DNA of 64,000 nucleotides from the sequence record NC_041973.1, one strand, 5' to 3'. The notes beneath the pieces were generated by a model. That model searched no databases. It had not been told where the DNA came from and was given only the letters and a program-made list of their open reading frames with translations. The number at the start of each line of letters is the position of its first letter. The stretch's first letter is position 1. Shown in pieces: positions 1 through 9,307 of the stretch. A program made the translations under genes and the position numbers.

Positions 1-123
1 GGATCGCCCTTGGCATTGACGTCGGCGTTACAGCGTGAGTGTCAGCGCCTGATGAACACCCAGGTGATGATCGAGCCCACTGGTTGGAACGCCACTACGT
101 ACTACAGCGGAGGTGAGGTATGA
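1..123 (+). CDS. 3' end of a hypothetical protein, paralog of the next two HExxH proteins (partial; not in the ORF track)
   Basis: Frame 1 reads GSPLALTSALQRECQRLMNTQVMIEPTGWNATTYYSGGEV*. This matches the C-termini of 120..791 (RESINSLNNVAVVNDIGWSSTTY) and 788..1414 (RESRALLNNAVVVSPIGASRSTTY). ATGA overlap with the next gene. Confidence 0.75.
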   Translation, partial: GSPLALTSALQRECQRLMNTQVMIEPTGWNATTYYSGGEV

Positions 124-791
124 CGTTTGCTGAAGCTGAACAGTATATTTACAGTCTCAGTCAAGACGGCGGGGTCTATAAACAAGAGTTCATCTTTGTG
201 TTTGATCCCGAGTCGTGGGATAAGGTGAACCTGGCGTTGGATATCCTGGACAATAACCGTGGGATCTGGGTGAAGAACGTCGGAGAGTTCAAAACCGCTG
301 GTATGACGACCTACGGACCGGTGTCGGGAAGGCTTAAAGGGTATGTTGTTATTGCTGTCCATTTCATGGGCGAACGTAAACTGTTCAATCCAGGGTATCT
401 GCAGCATGTGTTGAATACCGCGACCCATGAGTTGGTCCACGCTGCTCAGTTCGCTGTTCGGGCGCAGAGCTACCATGATCCATTGATTGCTGTAGAGCCA
501 TTGGCTTACCTGACCGGCTGGCTAATGGAGAAATGGATCTATGCGGTCTGGGAGAAGTTTAAAATCACGATTGCAACAACACCCACCGGCGAGATCTCAT
601 ACAACGTGTTGTTTGACATGCTGTATCGGTTTAATGACCGCCGGCTGGCAGATCGTCTGTGTGAGCTCACCATGACACAGATTCAGAGTGCTTTAGTTAG
701 GGAGTCGATTAACAGTCTGAATAACGTGGCAGTGGTAAACGATATCGGCTGGTCCTCGACAACGTATCTTGATGGAGTTAACAAGAAATGA
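120..791 (+). CDS. HExxH zincin-like hypothetical protein
   Basis: HELVH motif plus downstream EPLAYL. GAGG SD and ATGA coupling. Confidence 0.7.
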   Translation: MTFAEAEQYIYSLSQDGGVYKQEFIFVFDPESWDKVNLALDILDNNRGIWVKNVGEFKTAGMTTYGPVSGRLKGYVVIAVHFMGERKLFNPGYLQHVLNTATHELVHAAQFAVRAQSYHDPLIAVEPLAYLTGWLMEKWIYAVWEKFKITIATTPTGEISYNVLFDMLYRFNDRRLADRLCELTMTQIQSALVRESINSLNNVAVVNDIGWSSTTYLDGVNKK

Positions 792-1414
792 AGATGCCGG
801 TCAGTCAGTATGTAGATAAGTTTCTATTAAGGCTGTTCCCTTATCCGCGGCAGTTTATCTTTGTCACTAGTGTTGCAGATTTTGATGCGGTGATTACCGA
901 ACTGGCACGTCGGCAGACTGCGGCTGGGATTAGCAATAAATGGCTGAGTCACAGAGGGCATTTCAAAGGGAATGGGATTTGTGCTTCGGGGAATCAGATC
1001 TGTGTATTAGGTGCGCTTTATGATACCGGCACGCAGCTCAGCCCAGCTAACATCGCCGGGACGATCGGTACCATGCAACATGAAATCCAACACATGTTAC
1101 TACATACCTGTGCGCAGATTGGTTATAACCCGATGCGCGAACACGAACCGTTTACGTATTTAACGAAGTGGGTGTTTGAGTTGTTCCTGGCGTTTATGCG
1201 TAATTACCACGGCGTGATGATCACCGATGTGCAGCGGCAAGATACTGGTATGCTGAGTCGGTTGCAGAAGGGAGGGGCTTTTGAGTTACTGCACGCCCTG
1301 CCCGTTGAAAATGTTCGAGATTCATTAGCAAGAGAATCTCGTGCATTATTAAACAACGCGGTGGTCGTCAGTCCTATTGGCGCATCCCGTTCCACAACCT
1401 ATTTCGAATTATAA
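788..1414 (+). CDS. HExxH zincin-like hypothetical protein (paralog of 120..791)
   Basis: HEIQH plus EPFTYL, shared C-terminal motif, ATGA overlap. Confidence 0.7.
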   Translation: MKMPVSQYVDKFLLRLFPYPRQFIFVTSVADFDAVITELARRQTAAGISNKWLSHRGHFKGNGICASGNQICVLGALYDTGTQLSPANIAGTIGTMQHEIQHMLLHTCAQIGYNPMREHEPFTYLTKWVFELFLAFMRNYHGVMITDVQRQDTGMLSRLQKGGAFELLHALPVENVRDSLARESRALLNNAVVVSPIGASRSTTYFEL

Positions 1415-1463
1415 TTAACCCGGCCAGGGAAACCTGGCCTGTATGTCAAAAAAGGAAAGTAAC

Positions 1464-2165
1464 ATGGGTATGTATACCGGCGTCTCATTTCGTTTGAAGG
1501 TCAGAAAAAATGCACCCTTGCCGGTGTTAGAGTTCATGGATAAGTTCTTCATGGAAGGTGAAACACTGCAAGCAGTGAAAGACCTACAGAAAGAAACGGG
1601 TATCCAGTTCCAGTCCACAGCCATTGCATTACCGGGTGATCAGTTTCATTACAGTGAAATTGCCGATATGGTCATGATGGTTCGCGGGCACTCTTCCAGT
1701 TTTGAAAGCTGGTACTGGCGTGTTAAAGAAGATAAGGGCGATTACTGGTTGTATGAAACCCGCGCCAATACCAAACGCCCTCACCATGACCTGGCCGCCA
1801 ACCTTATCCAGGCATTATTACCATGTCTGGTTATCGAAGAAGGTGAGGTGGTGTTGCGCTCCATTTATGAAGACAGCGCCCAAGAACGCGTTCTGGCATT
1901 GGTAAATGGCAAGATTATTGAGGAACGTGGTTATGAGTACGAGGATGAATACAATAGCCCGTGGAATGAAAAGGCGCCGATAGATTATGTCAAGGGTGAT
2001 TTTGGTGCAATTGCACATATCCGCATCACGGAAGAAGAAGAGTTCACACCACCTTGGACTTTACAGGAACTGCGGGCCGGTGAAGAAAAAGCACGGTTAG
2101 AGAAAGAAGCTGAGCACGAACGGATACGGGCAGAAGGCGGTGGTTTCGGTTTCGGTGGTTGGTAG
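1464..2165 (+). CDS. hypothetical protein
   Basis: Long ORF. The start is moved from 1443 to ATG 1464 (MGMYTG), which follows an AAGGA SD. Confidence 0.7.
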   Translation: MGMYTGVSFRLKVRKNAPLPVLEFMDKFFMEGETLQAVKDLQKETGIQFQSTAIALPGDQFHYSEIADMVMMVRGHSSSFESWYWRVKEDKGDYWLYETRANTKRPHHDLAANLIQALLPCLVIEEGEVVLRSIYEDSAQERVLALVNGKIIEERGYEYEDEYNSPWNEKAPIDYVKGDFGAIAHIRITEEEEFTPPWTLQELRAGEEKARLEKEAEHERIRAEGGGFGFGGW

Positions 2166-2230
2166 TTTTAATTAATTTAACCTGACGTACAACACAGCAA
2201 ACAATAACACAGATTAATTGAGGGTAGTTT

Positions 2231-2932
2231 ATGAACGGTATGAAGATGATGATTGGTTCCCTGCCACTGAGCAGCATGATGGGTGGTAGTCGTTCAGACG
2301 CGGGTACTTTCAATCCTGCACCGCACGCTGTCCCTTTCCGCGCAGTTGGTGAGTACATCGCGGATGCGGCATTTGAGGATCGTGGGGTGTTGGTTTCTGC
2401 AGACGGGATCGTTGCTACTGTGCGCGCCAAAAAGATGACCTTCCAGGAAGCCGCAGATGCCCGCGGTGCAGCCACCGGACTGTATGCCATTATGTTCCCA
2501 GTCGCTAACGGGGCGAAAGACGATACTGTCGTGATCACCACTACCAGTCAGGCTGTGTTGTTTAACTTACTGGCAGTTGAAGATCTCCCTGATGAACTGT
2601 TTGTGCAGTTTGGTCTGGCAACGACTACCGCGACGGTGAAAGCCATGACCAATGACAACAACGACCATATCCGGGTACTGGCCAACGCCGGCGGTATCGC
2701 CCCAAGCAATACTTCCCCGTCCCATTTGATTGTGGATAAGCAGCGCAATCTGATCATTGGTCATATTGTAAAAGAAGGTGATGATCAAGCAGACTTCAGT
2801 ATCTTCGCCGCCTCACGTAAATCCAAATCATCACAGGACTACATTATCAACGTGAGTACCGATGATAGTGATATCATCAAGCATATCGTCCAGGCTACAG
2901 TGGAAGAGATTGCACTGGGAGACGCTGTCTAG
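2231..2932 (+). CDS. hypothetical protein
   Basis: 233-aa ORF with GAGG SD and co-oriented neighbours. Confidence 0.75.
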   Translation: MNGMKMMIGSLPLSSMMGGSRSDAGTFNPAPHAVPFRAVGEYIADAAFEDRGVLVSADGIVATVRAKKMTFQEAADARGAATGLYAIMFPVANGAKDDTVVITTTSQAVLFNLLAVEDLPDELFVQFGLATTTATVKAMTNDNNDHIRVLANAGGIAPSNTSPSHLIVDKQRNLIIGHIVKEGDDQADFSIFAASRKSKSSQDYIINVSTDDSDIIKHIVQATVEEIALGDAV

Positions 2933-3000
2933 TCTGTAATTGCAGACAAAACCGGCGGATGATATAGCACCAGAAATTAACCGGAAGTAGGAGTAAAAGA

Positions 3001-3648
3001 ATGTCAGTCATGACAGGTGGTTTTGGCGCAATCAATGCGCTAATGTCCAACGGCCGCCCGACTCAGGGTGCCATGGAGTATTTTAACAATCAGTATCAGG
3101 GCATGCTGCAAGCAGCGCAGCAAGTGGGTAGTGTAGCGATGCAGCAGATCTATCAGATCGCAACACACACCTATGAGAACCTGATGCAGACCCGTCCGTG
3201 GGAACTGGCAGAAGCAGCGTTGCGTCAAACAGTGCACATGTTTGACCCGAACACGGTTCGTCAGCTTCTCAACCTGGCTGATATGCAAACCGCCAAACCG
3301 ATCATGCAGCGGTGGGTGATGGCGCAACCGGATATCCGTCAGATGTATCATCAGCAGCGTATCGATGGTTACAGCGAAACGTATGAAGATGCCCAACCAG
3401 GGATGGTAGGTGCAGACCATTATGATTATCGTCGTGCAGCAAACGGCATGTTGCAGTTTGCACACACTGAAGAGGTGCCGATGGCGTCTTGGCAGGCGAC
3501 GACCTATTATGAGCGTCTGGTAGAAGGTGATAACGAACTGTCGTTCCATGAGAAGCGTGACATCCATGTAACCTGGGATGCGTGTCTGAATCTGATGAAC
3601 ACACAGGCGTATGATCCGACCTCCATCTTCAACATGAAGCTGGCGTAA
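3001..3648 (+). CDS. conserved chimallivirus hypothetical protein (possibly phiKZ gp59-like)
   Basis: AGGAG SD and a 215-aa ORF. The gp59-like label rests only on synteny upstream of the gp62-gp75 block and recalled DGYSxTY/DYRR motifs. Confidence 0.5.
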   Translation: MSVMTGGFGAINALMSNGRPTQGAMEYFNNQYQGMLQAAQQVGSVAMQQIYQIATHTYENLMQTRPWELAEAALRQTVHMFDPNTVRQLLNLADMQTAKPIMQRWVMAQPDIRQMYHQQRIDGYSETYEDAQPGMVGADHYDYRRAANGMLQFAHTEEVPMASWQATTYYERLVEGDNELSFHEKRDIHVTWDACLNLMNTQAYDPTSIFNMKLA

Positions 3649-3656
3649 GTTAATCG

Positions 3657-3684
3657 GAGGAGGGGTAGCCCTCCTCTTATGCCG
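3657..3684 (+). terminator. GC hairpin followed by TTATGCCG
   Basis: GAGGAGGG-GTAG-CCCTCCTC then TTATGCCG, just after the stop at 3648. Confidence 0.7.
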
Positions 3685-3717
3685 TTTGAGGGTAGCATGG
3701 CAAAAAAGGAACTCACG

Positions 3718-3921
3718 ATGAAGCGACTTCAGATAGACATCTCTGAACAGGGCTTTAGCAAACTCAATGCACTCAAGGTGAAAATGGAAACCACTGCCAT
3801 GGGTAGCGTTGTCAGCCGCGCCTTATCGATTACCGATCGTTTGTTCACCGCCAAGGAGAAAGGCAGTAAGATCCTGATCGTGGATAAAGATGGTAATGTC
3901 ACCGAAATCGAATTACTGTAG
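3718..3921 (+). CDS. ribbon-helix-helix (CopG-like) DNA-binding protein
   Basis: MKRLQIDIS beta strand, a helix, then VVSRALS helix. AAGGA SD precedes ATG 3718. Confidence 0.6.
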   Translation: MKRLQIDISEQGFSKLNALKVKMETTAMGSVVSRALSITDRLFTAKEKGSKILIVDKDGNVTEIELL

Positions 3922-3929
3922 AGGTTAAC

Positions 3930-4157
3930 ATGGCTTGGTCCAAACGCCGTGCAAAGAAACGCATCATTCACTTACGTGGTTTTCATTATCGTGTTCAATC
4001 ACGTAGTATCGCAATCTGGGAACAGTATCGCGAATATCATCAAAATCGACCATTTGGATCTGGCGTTGGTTTATTGATGTTACTTGACCCTGAAACTGGT
4101 TGTCCAATAGGAGCTCATCGTGGCCTTAAGCAAAACAAAAATAAAGCGTCGTACTAA
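3930..4157 (+). CDS. small basic hypothetical protein
   Basis: GAGG SD, 75 aa. Confidence 0.6.
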   Translation: MAWSKRRAKKRIIHLRGFHYRVQSRSIAIWEQYREYHQNRPFGSGVGLLMLLDPETGCPIGAHRGLKQNKNKASY

Positions 4158-4404
4158 TGCGCTGTATAACTACAAAACGCTGGTTGAACGCATTAGCTAT
4201 AAATGCATGATAGCCCACATCGATGCTCAGGGTATCAAGCTTGAATTGAACCGCACGGGTTCGTCAATTAAAAGTGAAGACATTCCTGCTGCAAAAGAAG
4301 CCCGTCTTGCATTGAAACGCGAAATCGTCCGTCTGCGGAATATCCAGGGGCGTCGTCGTATCGTGAATGCCGGTAAGATCAAAGCGGCAATCAGCCAGTA
4401 TTAA
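4120..4404 (+). CDS. small basic hypothetical protein
   Basis: GTG start after AGGAG SD, followed by a terminator. Confidence 0.65.
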   Translation: MALSKTKIKRRTNALYNYKTLVERISYKCMIAHIDAQGIKLELNRTGSSIKSEDIPAAKEARLALKREIVRLRNIQGRRRIVNAGKIKAAISQY

Positions 4405-4407
4405 TAG

Positions 4408-4437
4408 AAGGGACTTCGGTCCCTTTATTTTTTTTTT
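4408..4437 (+). terminator. intrinsic terminator
   Basis: AAGGGAC-TTCG-GTCCCTT followed by a long T tract. Confidence 0.85.
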
Positions 4438-4465
4438 GTCTTGAATAATGAAATTTTTACGCTGT

Positions 4466-4500
4466 AGAAAATCTTAGACCTATATAACGGCACTGATAGA
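4466..4500 (+). promoter_or_regulatory. class I candidate phage promoter AGAAAAwCTyAGACCTATATnAC-N5-TGATA
   Basis: One of three near-identical intergenic copies (4466, 5072, 27340). Confidence 0.7.
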
Positions 4501-4528
4501 GTAATCTAAATTAACTTACGAGGTTATC

Positions 4529-5059
4529 ATGAAAAACACTACTTTTCTAATTGAGACCCTGAAACGTATCTTGGAAGAGCTGGACCAGGCAACGTTATCA
4601 ACTGAAGAAAAAATTGAATTAACCACCATGGTTGAGAAAGAACATTTTGCTAAGCTGTTCGGTGTCCGCGCAGAAGAAACCACTCAGTTAAGTGAGCGCG
4701 ATTTCTCTAAACTGACCGGTTATCAGTACAACAGTGTTTACGCGGGGTTAGATTTGGTTGGTAATTTTGACTGGGTGATCACGGCGGATGGCGCAGTCGT
4801 AACAAGAGAAATGCCTCATCACGGCAGTAACCATTGGTTGCCACCGCGCAGGCAATTTATATTCAGACTGATCGATGAAGGTCGTGAAATATTTAATGAA
4901 GGCACTAGACTGCTTGTTATCAGAATTGAGAACACCATCACCAAAGAGGTCTTTTCAATTAACTTTGAAGTTGCTGATATTCAAATCGGCAGTGCGGTTG
5001 TTAAAATGGTTGAGCGTTATCTGTTCGATTATTACAGGGTCAGCGTCAAGAAACTGTAA
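4529..5059 (+). CDS. hypothetical protein
   Basis: GAGG SD, downstream of the class I motif. Confidence 0.75.
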   Translation: MKNTTFLIETLKRILEELDQATLSTEEKIELTTMVEKEHFAKLFGVRAEETTQLSERDFSKLTGYQYNSVYAGLDLVGNFDWVITADGAVVTREMPHHGSNHWLPPRRQFIFRLIDEGREIFNEGTRLLVIRIENTITKEVFSINFEVADIQIGSAVVKMVERYLFDYYRVSVKKL

Positions 5060-5071
5060 AATATGAGTTGC

Positions 5072-5106
5072 AGAAAATCTCAGACCTATATGACTGGGGT
5101 GATAAA
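5072..5106 (+). promoter_or_regulatory. class I candidate phage promoter
   Basis: AGAAAATCTCAGACCTATATGAC-TGGGG-TGATAAA. Confidence 0.7.
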
Positions 5107-5162
5107 GAGTAGTGAATACTCTTAACCCCTAACCCAATTAACCTTAAGTATGGAGTAGTATC

Positions 5163-5453
5163 ATGACTGTAACTTTCTCTCAGCAAATGCAGGTTGTCGA
5201 ATCTATCGCTGTGATGCAGGAAAAAGCAATGGAACTGCAAGTTGCTACCAAAGCGTGTTACGACGAAGTCACCCGTCTGGCCAACCGACTGGCTGACATC
5301 AACGACCCACTCGGCTTTCAGAAAGCCTATGAAGAATATCGTGCCAAGCTGGCTGAAGCGGATGTATTAGCCGATGCTACTCGCCTGGCTTACAACATGT
5401 CAGACGCTGCACTGAAAACCATCCTGGGTGAAGCTAACCCAACCTTTCATTAA
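5163..5453 (+). CDS. helical hypothetical protein
   Basis: GGAG SD, 96 aa. Confidence 0.7.
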   Translation: MTVTFSQQMQVVESIAVMQEKAMELQVATKACYDEVTRLANRLADINDPLGFQKAYEEYRAKLAEADVLADATRLAYNMSDAALKTILGEANPTFH

Positions 5454-5492
5454 TAGTTAATTACTCATCGTCATTACGCCTCGGAGAAACTC

Positions 5493-5702
5493 ATGAGCGA
5501 TTTTATTAGCAACCTGTTCGAAATCGCTATTGCAGTTTCTTCTGTAGTGGCGATGGTTAAATTGATTAAATCTGATAATGCCTATATTGCAGAAACAGTT
5601 CGTATCATCGATGCCTGCGCTTCTTTACAGGAAGGGCAAGTAATTCAGGGCGAAGTGGTTAACACCAACACCCAGACAACCAACTTATACATCACCCATT
5701 AA
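5493..5702 (+). CDS. small protein with N-terminal hydrophobic segment
   Basis: GGAG SD; LFEIAIAVSSVVAMV. Confidence 0.65.
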   Translation: MSDFISNLFEIAIAVSSVVAMVKLIKSDNAYIAETVRIIDACASLQEGQVIQGEVVNTNTQTTNLYITH

Positions 5703-5724
5703 TCTACTTGTAAGGAATACACCC

Positions 5725-6186
5725 ATGTCAAACTCTATGTTCATCTGCCTGTCACTGTTAGCGGTTATCTCTGTCTCCGGTGGTATCGCCTTTGCCAAGA
5801 GCCTGTCACCGACCCATGCCATGATGACCGCCTTTGCTTACTTACGTGAGCAACTCGGTGATGACGCAGCACAGTACGAATACGATAAACGCTCACACCT
5901 TCTTTGCATGACAAACCTGGTGGAAACTAACTATGCCCTGGTCTGCGGTAAGCACTTTGAACGCGCAGAACAAAAACGTGCATGGTTAGTTAAGGAAGCA
6001 GAAGAGATCCAGCTCACCCCGCGTCAACAACTGATGCTGCTGGACTCCTTACTGAACCTGAACACCCGTCCTGAACAAGCAAAGAAAATTGTTAAAGTAC
6101 GTTCAACCAAAGAGATCGTTGACTTGGCTGCGCAGTATGCGAGCGACAACCGTCGTATCGAAGCTCCGCTGGCCTTGTTCCGCTAA
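5725..6186 (+). CDS. hypothetical protein with N-terminal signal/TM segment
   Basis: AAGGA SD; MFICLSLLAVISVSGGIAFA. Confidence 0.7.
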   Translation: MSNSMFICLSLLAVISVSGGIAFAKSLSPTHAMMTAFAYLREQLGDDAAQYEYDKRSHLLCMTNLVETNYALVCGKHFERAEQKRAWLVKEAEEIQLTPRQQLMLLDSLLNLNTRPEQAKKIVKVRSTKEIVDLAAQYASDNRRIEAPLALFR

Positions 6187-6220
6187 TGTAAGCTGTAGTG
6201 TATTGGTCACCTCATGACCG

Positions 6221-6252
6221 GAGCTCACCCTAACCGGTGGGCTCTTTTTTTT
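6221..6252 (+). terminator. intrinsic terminator
   Basis: GAGCTCACC-CTAACC-GGTGGGCTC followed by a T tract. Confidence 0.8.
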
Positions 6253-6275
6253 GTCTTCTTTTTTTTTGTTCGGGG

Positions 6276-6284
6276 ATTATATGT
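6276..6284 (+). promoter_or_regulatory. candidate late promoter (ATTATATGT, TATG core)
   Basis: The same 9-mer occurs at 57112 and 61559 ahead of head-protein genes. The phiKZ late promoter consensus is TATG. Confidence 0.45.
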
Positions 6285-6309
6285 AGTCCATATTAGCTAA
6301 GAGGACATT

Positions 6310-6714
6310 ATGGCAGAGCGTGTAGTTCCAACCATGTCCGTAACCGGGTACGTAACCGGCGTGACTGAAACCATTGACCGGATGTTTGCCTACTGGCTGA
6401 CCGCACAATACTCTCAAACGTATCTTGCTCGCGGTAACATTCACTCCCTTCAATATTTGATCCAGCAGTATGACGGTAACCCAGAACGTCTGTGTGATGC
6501 GGTGGTGAAAGACCTCAAGAACTATTTTACGGGTCCGTTTGATGCCGCCACGGTTACCTGTAATCCACGTTATGCGACCAGTGAGCGTGATGAGAAGTTC
6601 TATATGCTGGAGATCGATATCAAAGTTTCTAATGGCGATATCGGTTATGATGTTGGTCGCCGTCTGCTAGAGATTGAAGACGGTATCTTTAAACGCATTG
6701 TAGGTACTCTGTAA
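6310..6714 (+). CDS. conserved chimallivirus protein, possibly virion/baseplate (phiKZ gp62-like)
   Basis: GAGGA SD, 134 aa, and synteny ahead of the SbcD-gp68 block. The function is inferred. Confidence 0.45.
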   Translation: MAERVVPTMSVTGYVTGVTETIDRMFAYWLTAQYSQTYLARGNIHSLQYLIQQYDGNPERLCDAVVKDLKNYFTGPFDAATVTCNPRYATSERDEKFYMLEIDIKVSNGDIGYDVGRRLLEIEDGIFKRIVGTL

Positions 6715-7316
6715 TGGCACAAACCGAACACGATAAAATGATGCACCAGCGGGCAGGGTCGATTGAGCGTCGACTGGCACAGGCCGCCCAGCATGAACGT
6801 AATCCCCAAATCCAGGAAGCGGAGTTCACACGGGTATTCCTGCCGATGTTTGTTGGCGGGGGCGAATACATTAATCAGGATGCTTGGGTAGCGGTTGCCG
6901 GTTCTGTTAATAATGAAGTCGATGTCTTCCGCGGGCAAGAGTATCTTTATACCCTGCCAGCCTTAGCCATCCCGATTCGCTCTGAGATCTCCAGTCGTAG
7001 CCAGAATGGTCGCATGGGTGATAACTGGATGGGCACAGGCTTAAACGCCGCAGACGATCCAGGCTCAATTGAGAGCGTGATGTCGATCGATGCCAAGGGT
7101 AAACAGGTTGCGTTAGCCAGTACTGCTGAGGAGCACATGGCACGCTGGGATGAGGTGTTCAAACGTTACGGGCTGGACTACCGCGTAATCCGTGCTGACC
7201 TCCATGAACGTAAAACAGGTCAGAAAGTTAATCCCAACATTATCGATCAATCAGATAAGGCATTAGCGACTAAACAGGTTGAGCTCGATGACAACGGTGA
7301 TTACGAAGACTACTAA
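6714..7316 (+). CDS. conserved hypothetical protein
   Basis: TAATG coupling with the upstream gene; acidic C-terminus. Confidence 0.7.
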   Translation: MAQTEHDKMMHQRAGSIERRLAQAAQHERNPQIQEAEFTRVFLPMFVGGGEYINQDAWVAVAGSVNNEVDVFRGQEYLYTLPALAIPIRSEISSRSQNGRMGDNWMGTGLNAADDPGSIESVMSIDAKGKQVALASTAEEHMARWDEVFKRYGLDYRVIRADLHERKTGQKVNPNIIDQSDKALATKQVELDDNGDYEDY

Positions 7317-7326
7317 AAAACCTGGC

Positions 7327-8433
7327 ATGGTACGGATTATTCAGACAGGCGATATTCACCTCTGTCATAAGCGCACCCCAACGGCGAACATTATCCGTAC
7401 ACTGAACTACATCTTTTATGAAAACGAATCCTTGGCTGAAACTGACCTTATCATCCTTGCCGGGGATGTCTGGGATACTCTGGTGACCATGCCTAATGAC
7501 GATGCATTATTAGCTCGTCAATGGATTCGTAAGTTTGTCGAAGATTGCGCACAACACAATGTGATTTTAGATGTGTTAGAAGGCACTCCTGACCATGATT
7601 GGGAGCAGTCTTCTGAGTTCACCCTCTTTGAAACCAGTTGTGAAGTGCGCTACATCAAAACCCTGCAGATTGTCCGTCATGAGCACTTGGATTTAAATAT
7701 CCTTTATGTGCCCGATGAATGGCGCCCAACCATTGAAGCGATCTGGGAAGATGTGTGTGTGGCGATGACTGAAGCCGGACTGGATAAGGTGGATGTCGCA
7801 GTGGTGCACGGGGGATTTGATTTTAACTTCCCGCCAGAATACAACATCAAAGGCCACAGCGCTGAGCGCTTTAGCAGCATTGTCAAACATGCGGTGTTTG
7901 CTAACCACATCCACAAAGCCCAGAGCTTTATGAAAGTGCACGGTCCAGGTTCACCGGATCGATTAGCACAGGGTGAGGAAGGGGACAAAGGTTACCATCG
8001 GGTGGTGATTGATCAGAAGACCGATCAGATGCGCATCCAGTGGATTAAGAACCCACATGCCTGGACCCATATCGCAATCAACGTTGCAGATATGTCGGTT
8101 GAGGAGATCGTCGCCAAAGCCAAAGCGATCGCAGCACCACTAAGAGCCGGCAGTTATCTGCGTTTTGATAACGGTGATCCCTTAGTGGTGAAAGCGGTAC
8201 TGTGGGCATTGAAAGCAGAAATCCCGCATGTGATCTTGGAATACAAAAACAAGAAGCAAGCAGGGATCACTCAAACGCACCAAACTTATGCCAAGAAGTT
8301 TTCTGGCACCCACATTAACCGCAACAATGCCAAAGAGTCGATCGTCGGCTGGTTGCAGGGTAAAGGGTTAACGGACGACTCACAGGGTCAGTATTTAAGT
8401 GATATCTTACAGCGCGCCATGGCGCTGAAGTAG
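7327..8433 (+). CDS. sbcD: SbcD/Mre11-like metallophosphoesterase nuclease
   Basis: Motifs GDIH, AGDVWD, GTPDHD, VHG and NHIH. The start is moved to ATG 7327, after the upstream stop. Confidence 0.85.
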   Translation: MVRIIQTGDIHLCHKRTPTANIIRTLNYIFYENESLAETDLIILAGDVWDTLVTMPNDDALLARQWIRKFVEDCAQHNVILDVLEGTPDHDWEQSSEFTLFETSCEVRYIKTLQIVRHEHLDLNILYVPDEWRPTIEAIWEDVCVAMTEAGLDKVDVAVVHGGFDFNFPPEYNIKGHSAERFSSIVKHAVFANHIHKAQSFMKVHGPGSPDRLAQGEEGDKGYHRVVIDQKTDQMRIQWIKNPHAWTHIAINVADMSVEEIVAKAKAIAAPLRAGSYLRFDNGDPLVVKAVLWALKAEIPHVILEYKNKKQAGITQTHQTYAKKFSGTHINRNNAKESIVGWLQGKGLTDDSQGQYLSDILQRAMALK

Positions 8434-8443
8434 TGAGGGTGTT

Positions 8444-9244
8444 ATGGCTGACAGGACCATGGGGATCTTGCCGATGTCAGTCGGCACCTCCCTTTCATTT
8501 GAAGCATTAATGGCAAAACCCGTTGAACCGATTGAAACCTTAGTGCTGAACATCGGGACCATCTTTCGTAATGTCTATCAGGCGTATGATACCGATGACC
8601 GCGATCGCTTAGGGATTGATAAGTTGCATGACGATATGATTGCAGATATGTCAGCGATTTACGACATCTTAAAAGACATCGGGAAAGCGGGTGTGCCAGA
8701 TTACAAACTGTATCACGGGCGCTATGAACGGTTAGCTTCCGCCTTTCCACTGGCGAAGATCTGGGAGCCTTCTTCGGATATTCAGAAGACGTACGCACGA
8801 CTTGAACGCAACGTCCTGGAGAAGGTGATCAAGACAATGCGGGGGTTAGTGCAAGAGGTGGATCACACCTTACCGATTTCCGTAAAGAATACCTATGTGA
8901 TGACCCATCACATCGTAGACCTGGTTGTGCCGGCTGGTTACGGTGAGATTACGTTGGTGGAATCCCATACAGGCGCCTTGAAGAAGAAACCGTTATGGCA
9001 TACCAAACTCACCAACGGGCGTTCGCTTGAGCGTATTCCGTTTAACCGACTGACCTTGCAGGTGTTCGGTGATAACTCTGTGAACTTCAAAGCCAACAGC
9101 TTTAAATACAAAGCGGCACTGATGAAGCTTGCAGAGGAGAACAAGTGGACACCCATGGCAACCCGTGATCGTATCAAGCTTGGCATTGAAACGTTAAAGG
9201 ACGCGCAGCTGAAAGCGGACTTGTCAAAAATGCTCAGTGTATAA
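8444..9244 (+). CDS. conserved protein, possible degenerate 5'-3' exonuclease/PIN fold (phiKZ gp66-like)
   Basis: Synteny. LVLNIGTIFRN and VMTHHIVDLV loosely resemble RNase H/FEN strands. Confidence 0.45.
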   Translation: MADRTMGILPMSVGTSLSFEALMAKPVEPIETLVLNIGTIFRNVYQAYDTDDRDRLGIDKLHDDMIADMSAIYDILKDIGKAGVPDYKLYHGRYERLASAFPLAKIWEPSSDIQKTYARLERNVLEKVIKTMRGLVQEVDHTLPISVKNTYVMTHHIVDLVVPAGYGEITLVESHTGALKKKPLWHTKLTNGRSLERIPFNRLTLQVFGDNSVNFKANSFKYKAALMKLAEENKWTPMATRDRIKLGIETLKDAQLKADLSKMLSV

Positions 9245-9307
9245 ATCAACATAACTGCTCTAACTTTATAGAGCAGTATAACTAATTAGTCCTAAAAGGA
9301 GCAACAC

